A DNA stretch of 64,000 bases from an uncultured Verrucomicrobiae bacterium (GCA_963719495.1 CAVRCI010000008.1:121067-185066); one strand, 5' to 3'. Shown: positions 10,065-19,650, numbered from the stretch's first letter. Numbers and translations are program-made. The notes: generated by a model not told the origin, from the sequence alone.

Positions 10065-10340
10065 ATGAACAAAGTAGAACTCATCGAAGCCGTCAGGAAG
10101 TCCCTCGGCAAGGAAACCAGCAAGGCCGACGCGGAGCGCGCGGTGGCAGCGGTCATCGACTCGATCAAGATCGGCGTCAAGAAGACCAAGGTCGTTCAGC
10201 TCGTAGGCTTCGGAACGTTCAAGGTCGCCGCTCGTAAAGCGCGCATGGGTGTGAATCCCAAGACCGGCGACAAAATCAAGATCAAGGCTTCGAAGGGCAT
10301 CAAGTTCACCGCCGGCAAGGCCTTCAAGGAACTGCTCTAA
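10065..10340 (+). CDS. hup: DNA-binding protein HU
   Basis: MNKVELI, VQLVGFGTF, RKARMGVNPKTG, KFTAGK. Confidence 0.95.
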   Translation: MNKVELIEAVRKSLGKETSKADAERAVAAVIDSIKIGVKKTKVVQLVGFGTFKVAARKARMGVNPKTGDKIKIKASKGIKFTAGKAFKELL

Positions 10341-10376
10341 GTTTTATCCCATAGCGGCACTTTCCCCCCCGCACCG

Positions 10377-10415
10377 AGAAAACCCGTTTGGCCGTTTGGG
10401 CTTAACGGGTTTTCT
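10377..10415 (+). terminator. Intrinsic terminator after hup
   Basis: Hairpin AGAAAACCCGTT...AACGGGTTTTCT. Confidence 0.7.
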
Positions 10416-10699
10416 CACGTCCGGGGGGCGTGGTTTTTAGGGTTTGTGGGGCGGGGGAGCTGAGGGTTTATGAGGTGGGCGGTGAGGATCTTCGGGCGGT
10501 CGTCGTGAGTTCGAGCGTGGGAACGTAGCTGGCGTCCGAAGGTGGAATTCGCGCTCCGCGCGAGTTGGCGGGAGAAGCTGCACGGAAGAGCGGTGCTCGA
10601 TGTGAGCGTTGAGCGTGGTTTGCGGATCTCGTCCGCTTTATGGAGAGGCTTGCGAATCGGAGGTTGGCGTGTTCTCGAGCGAAGCGAGCCCTCAAACCC

Positions 10700-11141
10700 T
10701 GTCATGTTGAGCGAAGCGAAACATCTCTGGCTTCTCACCGCATTCTCGGGTCGGCGGAGGCTGGTTTTTGCGGACGATGGTCGCGAAGTGTAAGCCAGAG
10801 ATTCTTCGCTTCGCTCAGAATGACAGGTGGGGGGCGGGCGGCGGTGGTTTTGTTGGAAGGCGGAGGATCGTTTTGCGGACGATCGTTACGAAGTGTAAGC
10901 CAGAGATTCTTCGCTTCGCTCAGAATGACAGGTTGGGGGCGGGCGGCGGTGGTATTGATGGAAGGCGGAGGCTCGTTTTGCGGACGATGGTCGCGACGTG
11001 TAAGCCAGAGATTCTTCGCTTCGCTCAGAATGACAGGTTGGGGGGCGGGCGTCGGTGGTATTGATGGAAGGCGGAGGCTCGTTTTGCGGACGATGGTCGC
11101 GACGTGTAAGCCAGAGATTCTTCGCTTCGCTCAGCATGACA
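10700..11141. repeat. Tandem array of ~105-bp units with palindromic core, plus one inverted core
   Basis: Core TGTAAGCCAGAGATTCTTCGCTTCGCTCAG(A/C)ATGACA starts at 10789, 10894, 10999, 11105; inverted degenerate core at 10700-10733. Confidence 0.95.
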
Positions 11142-11294
11142 ATGGGGGTGGCGGGTGTTGTCGGTGTCCTTGAAACTTCCGGGTGATTAAGCGCTGCCAG
11201 GTCATGGCTCGCGGTTGAAGTCATCCGCTTTCCACGGGCGACAATTCGCCGCCAGCCGACTTGATCGGCTCGCATCCCGGCGTATGGTGCGCGC

Positions 11295-11852
11295 GTGTTG
11301 CGCGTCGTTGGGATTCTGGTTGGGGTTTGGTTGCTGGCCGCGGGCGTGATTTGGTTCGTTCGGGCGGAGCGACCGACTCCTGATAAGATCGAAGCGTATT
11401 TGGCGGCGAATCCTTTGGATGAACGCCAGGACGATGAGCGTGCGGAGGTGATCGAGGCGATGGCCTCGAAGGTGAACCGCTTGGAGTTCGAAGAGCGGCG
11501 GAAACTCCAGCGCACGGGGCGGGCTCGGGAGTTTTTCGAATCGATGACCGACGAGGAGCAGAGTCGCTACCTGGACCTCACGCTGCCGGAGGGATTCAAG
11601 CAGGTGATGCTGGCGTTGAACAAAATGAAGCCGGAGAAACGGCGGGAATTGGTCGAGCGCGCTCTGGAGAACATCGAGAAGGGCGGGCCGCCGGAGGACG
11701 CGGATCGGCCGCCGGTCGACGATGCGATGATGAAGAAGATCGTGGCGCAGGGGATGACGTCGTTCTACGAGGACGCGAACGCGGAGGTGAAAATGGATTT
11801 CGCTCCGGTGATCGAGCAGATTCAGCAATCGCTGCGGTGGCGGGACCGGTGA
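11295..11852 (+). CDS. Hypothetical protein, N-terminal membrane anchor, helical
   Basis: Hydrophobic N-terminus, charged helical remainder; GTGA overlap with the next gene. Confidence 0.75.
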   Translation: MLRVVGILVGVWLLAAGVIWFVRAERPTPDKIEAYLAANPLDERQDDERAEVIEAMASKVNRLEFEERRKLQRTGRAREFFESMTDEEQSRYLDLTLPEGFKQVMLALNKMKPEKRRELVERALENIEKGGPPEDADRPPVDDAMMKKIVAQGMTSFYEDANAEVKMDFAPVIEQIQQSLRWRDR

Positions 11853-12478
11853 ATACAGTTGATAAGGTGAGAACCACAGCCAAGCTGAGCGAAACAGCCC
11901 GTCGAAGACAATCGCGGAGGGATGAGCGAAGCGAAGCAAATGGACGCGGATGGACACGGATCGATTGTAAGGGATTCACTTTGATCGAGCTGCTGGTCGT
12001 TCTGGGAATGATGGCGCTTTTGGCGGCTTTGATCGTTCCTTCCGTCGCCAAAATTCGGGAGAAGGGGCGGACGGCGGCTTGTCTTTCGAATCTTCGGCAG
12101 CTGGGGGTGGCGCTGAATGGCTACCTTGGCGACCACGATCTGACGATGCCAACTCTGCTGGTGGGCCGACCGGATGAGGGCGTCGATGCGGAGACGATCG
12201 ACACGGTTTTGGTGGATTACGCGGGGAGCGAAACCGTCTTTCGTTGTCCCTCGGATCCGGGGATTTGGCGGGAAACCGGGACGAGTTATTTCTGGAATCC
12301 GGCGTTGAACGGTCAGCGGTCGATGGCGCTGACATTTTTGAATCTCACGGAGTCCGGGTCGCGGATCCCGGTGCTGTCGGATAAGGAAGGGTGGCATCAG
12401 GGCGGAGGGCCGGAGGTGAACATCCTCTACGCGGACGGTCACGTGACCAATGGACTGAACCTCTCGGCGGGGAATTGA
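11849..12478 (+). CDS. Prepilin-type N-terminal cleavage/methylation protein with H-X9-DG domain
   Basis: KGFTLIELLVV, CLSNLRQLG, VFRCPSD, H..NILYADGHV. Confidence 0.88.
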   Translation: MNTVDKVRTTAKLSETARRRQSRRDERSEANGRGWTRIDCKGFTLIELLVVLGMMALLAALIVPSVAKIREKGRTAACLSNLRQLGVALNGYLGDHDLTMPTLLVGRPDEGVDAETIDTVLVDYAGSETVFRCPSDPGIWRETGTSYFWNPALNGQRSMALTFLNLTESGSRIPVLSDKEGWHQGGGPEVNILYADGHVTNGLNLSAGN

Positions 12479-12482
12479 TCGG

Positions 12483-13364
12483 ATGCTGCGGATCGACGGG
12501 ATTACGAAGACTTTCAAGGGGCGGGTGGCCTTGCATCCGCTTTCGTTGGAGGTGCGGCGGGGCGAGATCTTCGGTCTTCTCGGGCACAATGGCGCGGGGA
12601 AAAGCACGACATTTGGCGTGACTCTGGGTCAGGTGCGACCGAACGCGGGGGAGGTCTGGATCGACGGGACCTCGGTGCAGCGCGACCGGTCGCGGGCGCT
12701 TGCGCGGGTGGGGGCCATTTTCGAGACGCCGTGTTTTTACGATTACCTGAGTGGTTGGGACAATCTGCGGATGCTGGTGGCCTACACGGGGTTTGTCGCG
12801 GAGACGCGTCTGCGGGAGGTGGTCGAGCTGGTGGGGTTGACGGCGCGGATCGGCGACCGGGTGCGGGTCTACAGTCATGGCATGCGACAACGGCTGGCTC
12901 TGGCGCAGGCTTTGTCGCCGGATCCGGAGTTTATCTTGCTCGATGAGCCGAGCGAGGGGTTGGATCCGGAGGGAATCGAAGAGATGCGGCGGCTCATCCT
13001 GCGGCTGCGGGACGAACGCGGGCTGACGGTGATGCTGTCGTCGCACTTGCTCTCGGAGGTCGAGTTGATGTGCGACCGGGTGGCGATTTTGAATCAGGGT
13101 CGGCTGGTTTACTGCGGTGAGTGGAAGGAGAGCGCGGAGGCTCGGCGGCGGGTGCGGCTCGACGTGGACGATTGGGTCGTGGCGCGGGGGATTTTGGAAT
13201 CGGCGGGCGGGGAATCGGAGGCGGAGGGGCTGGTGGTGCTGCCGGAAGCGGCGGATCTGGCGGGGATTGTGAGTGGGCTGGTGCGGGCGGGGGTGCGGGT
13301 CAGCCGGGTCGAGCCGGTGCGGGTGTCGTTGGAGGATTTTTATCTCGGGAGGTCGCGGTCGTGA
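12483..13364 (+). CDS. ABC transporter ATP-binding protein
   Basis: GHNGAGKST, YSHGMRQRL, ILLDEP, SSH. Confidence 0.95.
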   Translation: MLRIDGITKTFKGRVALHPLSLEVRRGEIFGLLGHNGAGKSTTFGVTLGQVRPNAGEVWIDGTSVQRDRSRALARVGAIFETPCFYDYLSGWDNLRMLVAYTGFVAETRLREVVELVGLTARIGDRVRVYSHGMRQRLALAQALSPDPEFILLDEPSEGLDPEGIEEMRRLILRLRDERGLTVMLSSHLLSEVELMCDRVAILNQGRLVYCGEWKESAEARRRVRLDVDDWVVARGILESAGGESEAEGLVVLPEAADLAGIVSGLVRAGVRVSRVEPVRVSLEDFYLGRSRS

Positions 13365-14206
13365 GTTTGTATTGGGCGCAGTGCCGGGGGGAGCTTCGGA
13401 AGTTGTTTGCGCGGAAGCGGACCTACATTGGATTCGGGGCGTTTCTGGCGATCGAGCTGGTGCTGCTTGGGTTGCTGCGGCTGGACCGGGTGCAGCGTTC
13501 GGTTGCGAAGACAATCGAGGCGAGCGGCTACGACGCGACCGAGTATCTGTCGGGGCTGACGCTGGCGATGATGATTCTGCTGTTCACGGTGCTGCTCCTG
13601 GGGGCGCTTTACCTGGCGTTGATCGCGGGGGATCTGGTGAGCAAGGAAGTGGAGGATGGGACGATGCGGATGATCTTGTGCCGACCGGTGTCGCGGTTGT
13701 CGCTGCTCTCGCAGAAGGTCGTTGCGGGTTTTGTCTACACGGCGGTGCTGGTCTTGTTCATCAGCACGACGGCGTTGATCGCGGGGCTGCTCGACCACGG
13801 GGCGGGCGGGTTGTTCGTCTTCGCGCCGATGGAGCGGGTCTTTGCGCTGTATGAATTCGGCGAGGGGCTGGGGCGCTACGCGCTGGCTCAGCCGTTTCTC
13901 ATCGTGAGTTTGTTCACGATCACGGCGATTGGGTTCTTCTTTTCGTGCCTCGAGGTGAAACCGGCGGCGGCGACGATCGTGACGTTGTCGATTCTGCTGA
14001 TCGATTCGATCCTGAAGAACGTGCCGTATTTCGAGGCGATTCGCGATTGGTTCCTGACGGCGCAGATGGCGGCGTGGGTGCGGGTGTTCGAGCCGCGGAT
14101 TCCGTGGGATGGGATGATCGAGAGCTACGCGCTGCTGCTGGCGATCGACGCGACCTTGCTGGTGATGGGGTGGTGGGCGTTCGAGCGGCGGGATTTTAAA
14201 TCGTGA
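13361..14206 (+). CDS. ABC-2 type transporter permease
   Basis: About 6 TM segments, EVEDGTMRMILCRPVSR, terminal FERRDF; GTGA overlap. Confidence 0.9.
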   Translation: MSLYWAQCRGELRKLFARKRTYIGFGAFLAIELVLLGLLRLDRVQRSVAKTIEASGYDATEYLSGLTLAMMILLFTVLLLGALYLALIAGDLVSKEVEDGTMRMILCRPVSRLSLLSQKVVAGFVYTAVLVLFISTTALIAGLLDHGAGGLFVFAPMERVFALYEFGEGLGRYALAQPFLIVSLFTITAIGFFFSCLEVKPAAATIVTLSILLIDSILKNVPYFEAIRDWFLTAQMAAWVRVFEPRIPWDGMIESYALLLAIDATLLVMGWWAFERRDFKS

Positions 14207-14268
14207 GATTCGATCCACGGCTCGACGGGGCTGGACACGGACGAGGTTTTTGGGTTTAGGATTCGGCT

Positions 14269-15033
14269 ATGCTCCACTTGTTGAGGCGGCATCCGGTGGG
14301 GGTGCGGGCGCGGTTTGATTTCACCCTGGCGCTGACGTTTGCGTTTCCCGCCGAGCGGCTGCGGTCGATGCTTTATCCGGGGCTGGTTTTGGATGAGTGG
14401 GAGGGGTGGGGGTTTGTGGCGATTGCGATGGTGCGGACTCGGGAGATGCGGCCGGAGTTTTTGCCGGCGGCTCTGGGCGGATCTTTTTTTCTAACGGGGT
14501 ATCGCATTTTCACCCGGTATCGGACGACGGAGGGGCGGAGCCTGCGGGGGTTGCAAATTCTGCGATCGGACACGGATTCGAGAGCGATGGTGGTGCTTGG
14601 GAATCTGGCCACGCATTACCGGTATGCGCGGGCCGACGTGGAGGTGCGGCGGGGCGGGGGGCGATTGGATGTCGCGGTGGCGACGCCGGGTGGGGCGGCG
14701 GATCTGGACGTGTCGGCGGTGATCGATGACGCGGACGCCGGGTTGCCGGCGAGCTCGCCGTTTCCGGATGGGCGGACGGCTCGGCGGTTCGCGGGGCCGA
14801 TGCCGTTCACGTTTTCGTATGAACGGGAAACGCGGTCGATCGTGCGGATCGAGGGTCAGCGGCGGGAGTGGCATCCACGCCTCGTCGCGGTCGACGTGCG
14901 GCGGCTGGCCTTCTTCGACCACGAAGTCTTTGGCGCGGAGCCGCCGCGCTTGGCGAGTGCGTTTTACGTCGCCGGGGTCCCGTATCGGTGGGCTCGCGGG
15001 ATTCGCGAGCCGGTCCGGCTGGGGCGTCCTTAA
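14269..15033 (+). CDS. DUF2071/YqjF-like protein
   Basis: FAFPAERLRSMLYPGLVLD, GFVAIAMV, GYRIF, GLQILRSDTD. Confidence 0.65.
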   Translation: MLHLLRRHPVGVRARFDFTLALTFAFPAERLRSMLYPGLVLDEWEGWGFVAIAMVRTREMRPEFLPAALGGSFFLTGYRIFTRYRTTEGRSLRGLQILRSDTDSRAMVVLGNLATHYRYARADVEVRRGGGRLDVAVATPGGAADLDVSAVIDDADAGLPASSPFPDGRTARRFAGPMPFTFSYERETRSIVRIEGQRREWHPRLVAVDVRRLAFFDHEVFGAEPPRLASAFYVAGVPYRWARGIREPVRLGRP

Positions 15034-15917
15034 TTCGCTAGGACGATGGGTCCTTCCGGCGAGACGGAGCCGCCGCTTTTTTCGAGACTGACGGCGAAGG
15101 ACGAGTCGGCGGAGACGGACTGGGTCGGCGCGAATTCGATGGTGGCGGAGCCGTCGGCGGCGACTCGGAACGTGCCGGCGCTGATCGGGGCGGTCCGGTT
15201 TTTGTCGAGGACCCAGAGCTGGTAGTCCTTGCCACGCTCGGCCTCCGGGAGGCGGCGGACGTGGAGGATGCCGGTCTGGTCATCCTGACTCCACGCGATG
15301 GAAGCGAGGTAGGAGGTGTCGATTTGCGAGGTGAGCGTCGCGACTTTCATCTCCGCGATGGCGCTGCGCTCGCGGAGGGCGGAGATCTCGGATTGGAGCG
15401 TGCGGCTTTCTTCGCTGGCGGCGGCGAGTTGCTTCTCCGAGGCGTGAATCTCTTCGGCGGCGGTCTGGTTGATCTTTTTCAACTCGGCAACCTGCTGAAA
15501 GAGGTCTTCCGTGATCGCGGTTTGCGTCGCGAGCTCGCGCGACTGCTGCATGAGCGACTGATTGTTCGTCCAGAGGATGCCGGCGAAAATGGCGATGGCC
15601 GCGGCGACGGCCCACGGGAGCCAGGTCGAGCGTTGGGCGCTCGGTGAGGTCGCGCCGGTGGCGGGCTGCGAAGTTGCTTCGTTGACGGCGAGCTTTTCGG
15701 CGTGGACGGCGTTAAGGACGTTCTGCCGGAGGGTCGGCGGAAGATCGAAGGCCGGTGCCGAGTAGGCGAGCAGTGCGGTGGAATTGCGGAGCTCTTCGAC
15801 GAGTGCGCGCAGTTCGGCGTCGGCGGTGAGCTTCGAATCGAATTCGGCGAGCTGGTCGTCGGGCAGGCAGCCGAGGACGAAGTCGATGGCCTGATCGTGA
15901 GTGGATTCGTCGATCAT
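15030..15917 (-). CDS. Anti-sigma factor (RskA-like) with coiled-coil insert
   Basis: TM WLPWAVAA, KDYQLW, PISAG, FAVSLEKSGGS; ATGA overlap with the sigma gene. Confidence 0.85.
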   Translation of the reverse strand: MIDESTHDQAIDFVLGCLPDDQLAEFDSKLTADAELRALVEELRNSTALLAYSAPAFDLPPTLRQNVLNAVHAEKLAVNEATSQPATGATSPSAQRSTWLPWAVAAAIAIFAGILWTNNQSLMQQSRELATQTAITEDLFQQVAELKKINQTAAEEIHASEKQLAAASEESRTLQSEISALRERSAIAEMKVATLTSQIDTSYLASIAWSQDDQTGILHVRRLPEAERGKDYQLWVLDKNRTAPISAGTFRVAADGSATIEFAPTQSVSADSSFAVSLEKSGGSVSPEGPIVLAN

Positions 15918-16486
15918 TTCGTGATCTCGCCTCCGGTTTTGCGACGCAGTTTCTCGATGCCGAGGCGGATGCGGGATTTGACGGTGCCGACGCTTTCGTG
16001 GAGTCGCTCGGCGATCTGGGGGTGGGTCAGCCCGTCGAAGAAGGCGAGCCCGACGGCTTCGCGCTGATTTTCGGGCAACTCGGCGACCCACTGGGAGACG
16101 ATCTCGGCGCGTTCGTTGCCAGCGGTCGTGGCGGCGGCGTCGCGGCTTTCGTCGATGGGCTCGAGAGCGGGGTTCGGCTCGGCGGAACCCGGTGCCTCGG
16201 GCAGGCGGCGCTGGGTGCGTCGGAGGCGGTCGATGGATTTGTTACGGGCGATGGTGACGAGCCAGGTGAAGGGGCTGGAGCGGCGGGCGTCGAAGGTATC
16301 GGCGTTTTTCCAGAGCGACACAAAGACGTCCTGCACGATCTCTTCGGCGTCGGCGGGATTGTGGAGGATCCGGTGAACCATGGAATAAAGGGGGCGGGCG
16401 AATCGGTCGTAGAGATCGGCAACGGCGCTCTCGTCGCCGTCGGCGAGACGTCGAATGAGTTCGGATTCGTCGGGGTCGCTGTCCAT
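15914..16486 (-). CDS. ECF RNA polymerase sigma factor (SigK-like)
   Basis: LYDRF, DAEEIVQDVF, WLVTIARNKSIDRLR, GTVKSRIR; start could be further upstream. Confidence 0.92.
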   Translation of the reverse strand: MDSDPDESELIRRLADGDESAVADLYDRFARPLYSMVHRILHNPADAEEIVQDVFVSLWKNADTFDARRSSPFTWLVTIARNKSIDRLRRTQRRLPEAPGSAEPNPALEPIDESRDAAATTAGNERAEIVSQWVAELPENQREAVGLAFFDGLTHPQIAERLHESVGTVKSRIRLGIEKLRRKTGGEITK

Positions 16487-16817
16487 TTTGTGCGAAGCGG
16501 ATCGTAGCGGCTTCGTGGCGTAACCCCAGCCATTTAAGCGCGGGTCGACCGAAAAGTCGGCGATTCCCGACGGAAGTCTCGATACGCCAGACTTCCGCCG
16601 GGGTTGCACCAACCAACCCTTGATCAGGTGAATGCGAAGATCGACCACGGCGGCGGATTTCGCAACCGATGCTGGAAACGAAATTGGGTTGGCGTGGGCC
16701 GGAAGTTGGAGAGCGAACGCGGACATCGAAGCTAAGTGAGCTTCGTTCGGGGACTGACGGCGGATCAGAATTTCGCCAGGCATTTCTCCGGCACCCATCC
16801 TATCCTGCGAACGGAAA

Positions 16818-16867
16818 ACCCCCTTGCAAAACTTTGGTGCGGCCGCACCAGAGTTTTGCAAGGGGGT
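16818..16867 (-). terminator. 50-bp near-perfect palindrome; probable terminator of polB
   Basis: ACCCCCTTGCAAAACTTTGGTGCGG/CCGCACCAGAGTTTTGCAAGGGGGT, one mismatch; short T-run follows on the minus strand. Confidence 0.6.
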
Positions 16868-16873
16868 GGGTGA

Positions 16874-18907
16874 CTAGAGGAGATCTCCGGACGAGTCGGG
16901 CGCGAAGTCGACGAATTTCTTGTGCAGATCGTTCAGCTTCCCGACGTAGTATTCGACGTTTTCGTCGCGGGCGTCGGCGTCCCAGGTGCCGACGAGGCGG
17001 GCGTGATCGTAGGCGGTGACCTTCCGTTTGGTGCCGGTGATGTAGTAGCTGACGCTGTCGCCGGCCTGGTAGTCGCGGTCGCTGGCGAGGGCGAGTTCGA
17101 ACGCGGCGGAGCGGTTGCGCGACGAGTTGGCGATTTTCTTCTCGTAGGCGGCGGGGCTGTCCTGGAGAGCTTCGGTTTTGGCGAGGCGCTCGATGGACCA
17201 GTTGCGGTTGCGAATCTCGCGCTCGAAGTCCGCGCGGAGGTCGTGGACGGCGGTGGCATCGCCGGCGAGGATGTGGCGGACGACGCCTTGGAGAAAATCG
17301 CGGAGGAAGGGTTCCATCCCGCGGCTTTTCAGCGCGGCGCCGCGGAGGATGAGGGTGCCGTCGGCTTCGAGCAGGGCGTAATTTTTCGCCTTGTAGCTGA
17401 ACATGGCGTCGTAACGGTGGTCGAAATCGACGTCGATCCCGGCGGGAAGCTCGGCGCGGAGGCCGGCGTCGAGGGTTTCGACGGCGACTCCCGCGGGCGG
17501 CTGAAAGTAGATGCCGTCGGTGTCGATCTCGATGATGCGGGAACCCTGGGCCTGGAGCCAGTCGACCATTTGCTGGAGGAGCTCGCGGCCCTTGGCGGTG
17601 ACCGCGGAGGCGGCGTCGAAGTCGGCGAAATGCCCCTGGCCGAAGCCGAGGTAGCCGTAGAACGAGTTGATGAGGATTTTGAACGTGTTCTGCAGCGCCG
17701 AGAAGTGGCGGCGGGCGGTCTCGTCGGTGGCGTCCCGCATCTGCTTCTTGGCGGCAAGTCGGAAGGTGCGGAGGTCGCGGAGGAGACCGGCGAAGACGGC
17801 GAGGTGATCGGTCGCGGGGAGGTAATCGAAGGTCAGGATGACCGACGGGTAGAGCGAGGCAACGTCGCAGTGCCAGACGTCGCGGGCGACGCCGTGGAAA
17901 AAGACGTCCGTCATGCCGCCTTCGAAGAAGCGGGACTGGGGCGGCTCGGGCAGGGAGTGGCCCTGGTGCAGATACTCGCGGAGGAAGAGCGCATCGATCT
18001 TGGTGGCGTTTCCGCGGACGATGACGTCTTGGTAGTTGTAGGGAAAAATCTGCGCCTGAATGAAGTAGCTCGGCGAGAGGGCGGCGGCGACGGCGGCGGT
18101 CGGTGACGGCGCGGCGTCAGCCAGGCCGAGGTGGGCGGCGACGGTGGGAAGGTCGAAGTCCTCGAGCTCGCGCGTGCCGATGTCGTAGTATTGGGCGAGA
18201 ACCCAGGTGTCGACGAGGTGGCGTCCGTGGCAGGCGAAACGGGGGTATTGGATCGTCTTCTCGGCGATCTGCAGTCGGGAGCTTCGTTGGGTGAGTGGCG
18301 AGTCGTCGCGGCCCCAGGTGAGCTTGGACTTCGCCTTTTTGGCCGTGGCGCTGAGCGCGGGAAGGATCTCCTTGAAGAGGTTGTGGCCTTCAATGATGTC
18401 GGGGTCGCGGTCGGCGATGGCATCGCCGAGTTTCGTGATGGCTTCGGGGGAGGCTTCGTCGATCTCGAGGTGCCAACCGGTGGTGTCGCCAAGCGTGATC
18501 GTCCTGCCGTCGAAGGAAATCTGGAGCCTCCGGAGATCCTCGAAGACCATTTTCTTGAAAAGCGTGATGCCGGTCTGGGTGAGGAATTGCTGGACGGGAT
18601 CGCTGAGCGCGAAGCTGGGGACGCCCGTGGATCGCGAAGCGGCGCGCGAATTTTGGAAATGCTTCCAGGCGTTGAATTGCCGGACGAAGCGCAGTGGTGC
18701 GCCGCCGGAGAGTGGTCGGTCCGCCTCGGTGCCCTCGGCTTGCCAGGCGAAGGCGGTGAATTCCAGCGTCTCGGTCGCGGTGGTGCCGTCGGGCTGGCGG
18801 ACGTAGAGCCGCATCGTCTCGGATTTGTCGAACTCACCGGGTTCGACGGCGACGACGCGGGGGCGCGAGTCGCGCCCGAAGAGAATGGGATTATCGAAGG
18901 TGGCCAC
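16874..18907 (-). CDS. polB: Family B DNA polymerase with degenerate 3'-5' exonuclease domain
   Basis: Motif A DVASLYPS, motif B KILINSFYG, motif C IDTDG, KNYA. Confidence 0.9.
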   Translation of the reverse strand: MATFDNPILFGRDSRPRVVAVEPGEFDKSETMRLYVRQPDGTTATETLEFTAFAWQAEGTEADRPLSGGAPLRFVRQFNAWKHFQNSRAASRSTGVPSFALSDPVQQFLTQTGITLFKKMVFEDLRRLQISFDGRTITLGDTTGWHLEIDEASPEAITKLGDAIADRDPDIIEGHNLFKEILPALSATAKKAKSKLTWGRDDSPLTQRSSRLQIAEKTIQYPRFACHGRHLVDTWVLAQYYDIGTRELEDFDLPTVAAHLGLADAAPSPTAAVAAALSPSYFIQAQIFPYNYQDVIVRGNATKIDALFLREYLHQGHSLPEPPQSRFFEGGMTDVFFHGVARDVWHCDVASLYPSVILTFDYLPATDHLAVFAGLLRDLRTFRLAAKKQMRDATDETARRHFSALQNTFKILINSFYGYLGFGQGHFADFDAASAVTAKGRELLQQMVDWLQAQGSRIIEIDTDGIYFQPPAGVAVETLDAGLRAELPAGIDVDFDHRYDAMFSYKAKNYALLEADGTLILRGAALKSRGMEPFLRDFLQGVVRHILAGDATAVHDLRADFEREIRNRNWSIERLAKTEALQDSPAAYEKKIANSSRNRSAAFELALASDRDYQAGDSVSYYITGTKRKVTAYDHARLVGTWDADARDENVEYYVGKLNDLHKKFVDFAPDSSGDLL

Positions 18908-18989
18908 GGGGTGACGATAGTCGCGATGGGGCCAATCTGGAAAATGCGGAAATCAGTTTTCGCCCGAACGCCCCGCCCGAAGTCGTTTT

Positions 18990-19025
18990 ACCGATAAAAC
19001 GTAACGGCCGTTACGTTCTATCGGT
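18990..19025. promoter_or_regulatory. 36-bp near-perfect palindrome in the divergent intergenic region upstream of polB
   Basis: ACCGATAAAACGTAACGG/CCGTTACGTTCTATCGGT, one mismatch; function unknown. Confidence 0.5.
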
Positions 19026-19094
19026 CGGGGTGGGGATGGGATATTTTGGGGATTGCATCCGGGGGGGGAGGCGGGACGTTGGGTTGTTGCGGGT

Positions 19095-19643
19095 ATGTTC
19101 GAGATTCTTTTTATCTTCGGCGCGATTGCCTGGGTGGTTTTGACGGCCATCGAGTGGCTGTCGACGCTCGCGGCGTTTCCGACGATCGTGGCGGGTGTCG
19201 TGGTGGTGCCGATCCTGGCAATCTGGTCCTACGGTCGGATCCTGCGCGTGATGGGTCTGGATTTTTTGAAGGGCAGTCGGGGCTTCCTTCCGCCCGAGCG
19301 ATTCTATTGGCCGGGGCAGGCGCGGGGTTTGGCTCGGCGGACGGCGGGTCTGGGTGGGGTCGCGTTGTTCGGCTGGACGGCCGCGATCTGGTGTCCGGCG
19401 TCGCTGCTCTTGGATTGGACGTCGGTCGTCGGGTGGCTTGCGGGCGGGACGGCGATCGTCTGCTCGGGTCTGGCGATGTCGCGCTTGGTGATTTTTTTCC
19501 GGGGCTCGCAGCGGTTCGCTGCGCTCACACCGAACGTGATGGGTGCGTTGCGGCGCGGGATGTTCTGGCTTTCCGACAACTACGAGTTCCTCGGCGAGGA
19601 GCCGGAAATTCCGCGGAAGAAGACTCGCGAGTCCATCTATTAG
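19095..19643 (+). CDS. Hypothetical membrane protein
   Basis: About 4 hydrophobic segments. Confidence 0.7.
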   Translation: MFEILFIFGAIAWVVLTAIEWLSTLAAFPTIVAGVVVVPILAIWSYGRILRVMGLDFLKGSRGFLPPERFYWPGQARGLARRTAGLGGVALFGWTAAIWCPASLLLDWTSVVGWLAGGTAIVCSGLAMSRLVIFFRGSQRFAALTPNVMGALRRGMFWLSDNYEFLGEEPEIPRKKTRESIY

Positions 19644-19650
19644 GGGGGCG

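Noticed and set aside
10789..11141. CRISPR array
   Set aside because: The spacers are near-copies of each other and about 68 bp long, and no cas genes are present; it is a tandem repeat
10415..11173. Small ORFs across the repeat region
   Set aside because: Translations simply reflect the repeat units; no coding signal
16874..18907. PolB as part of a prophage, pipolin or casposon
   Set aside because: No integrase, phage or cas1 genes adjacent; neighbours and composition are chromosomal
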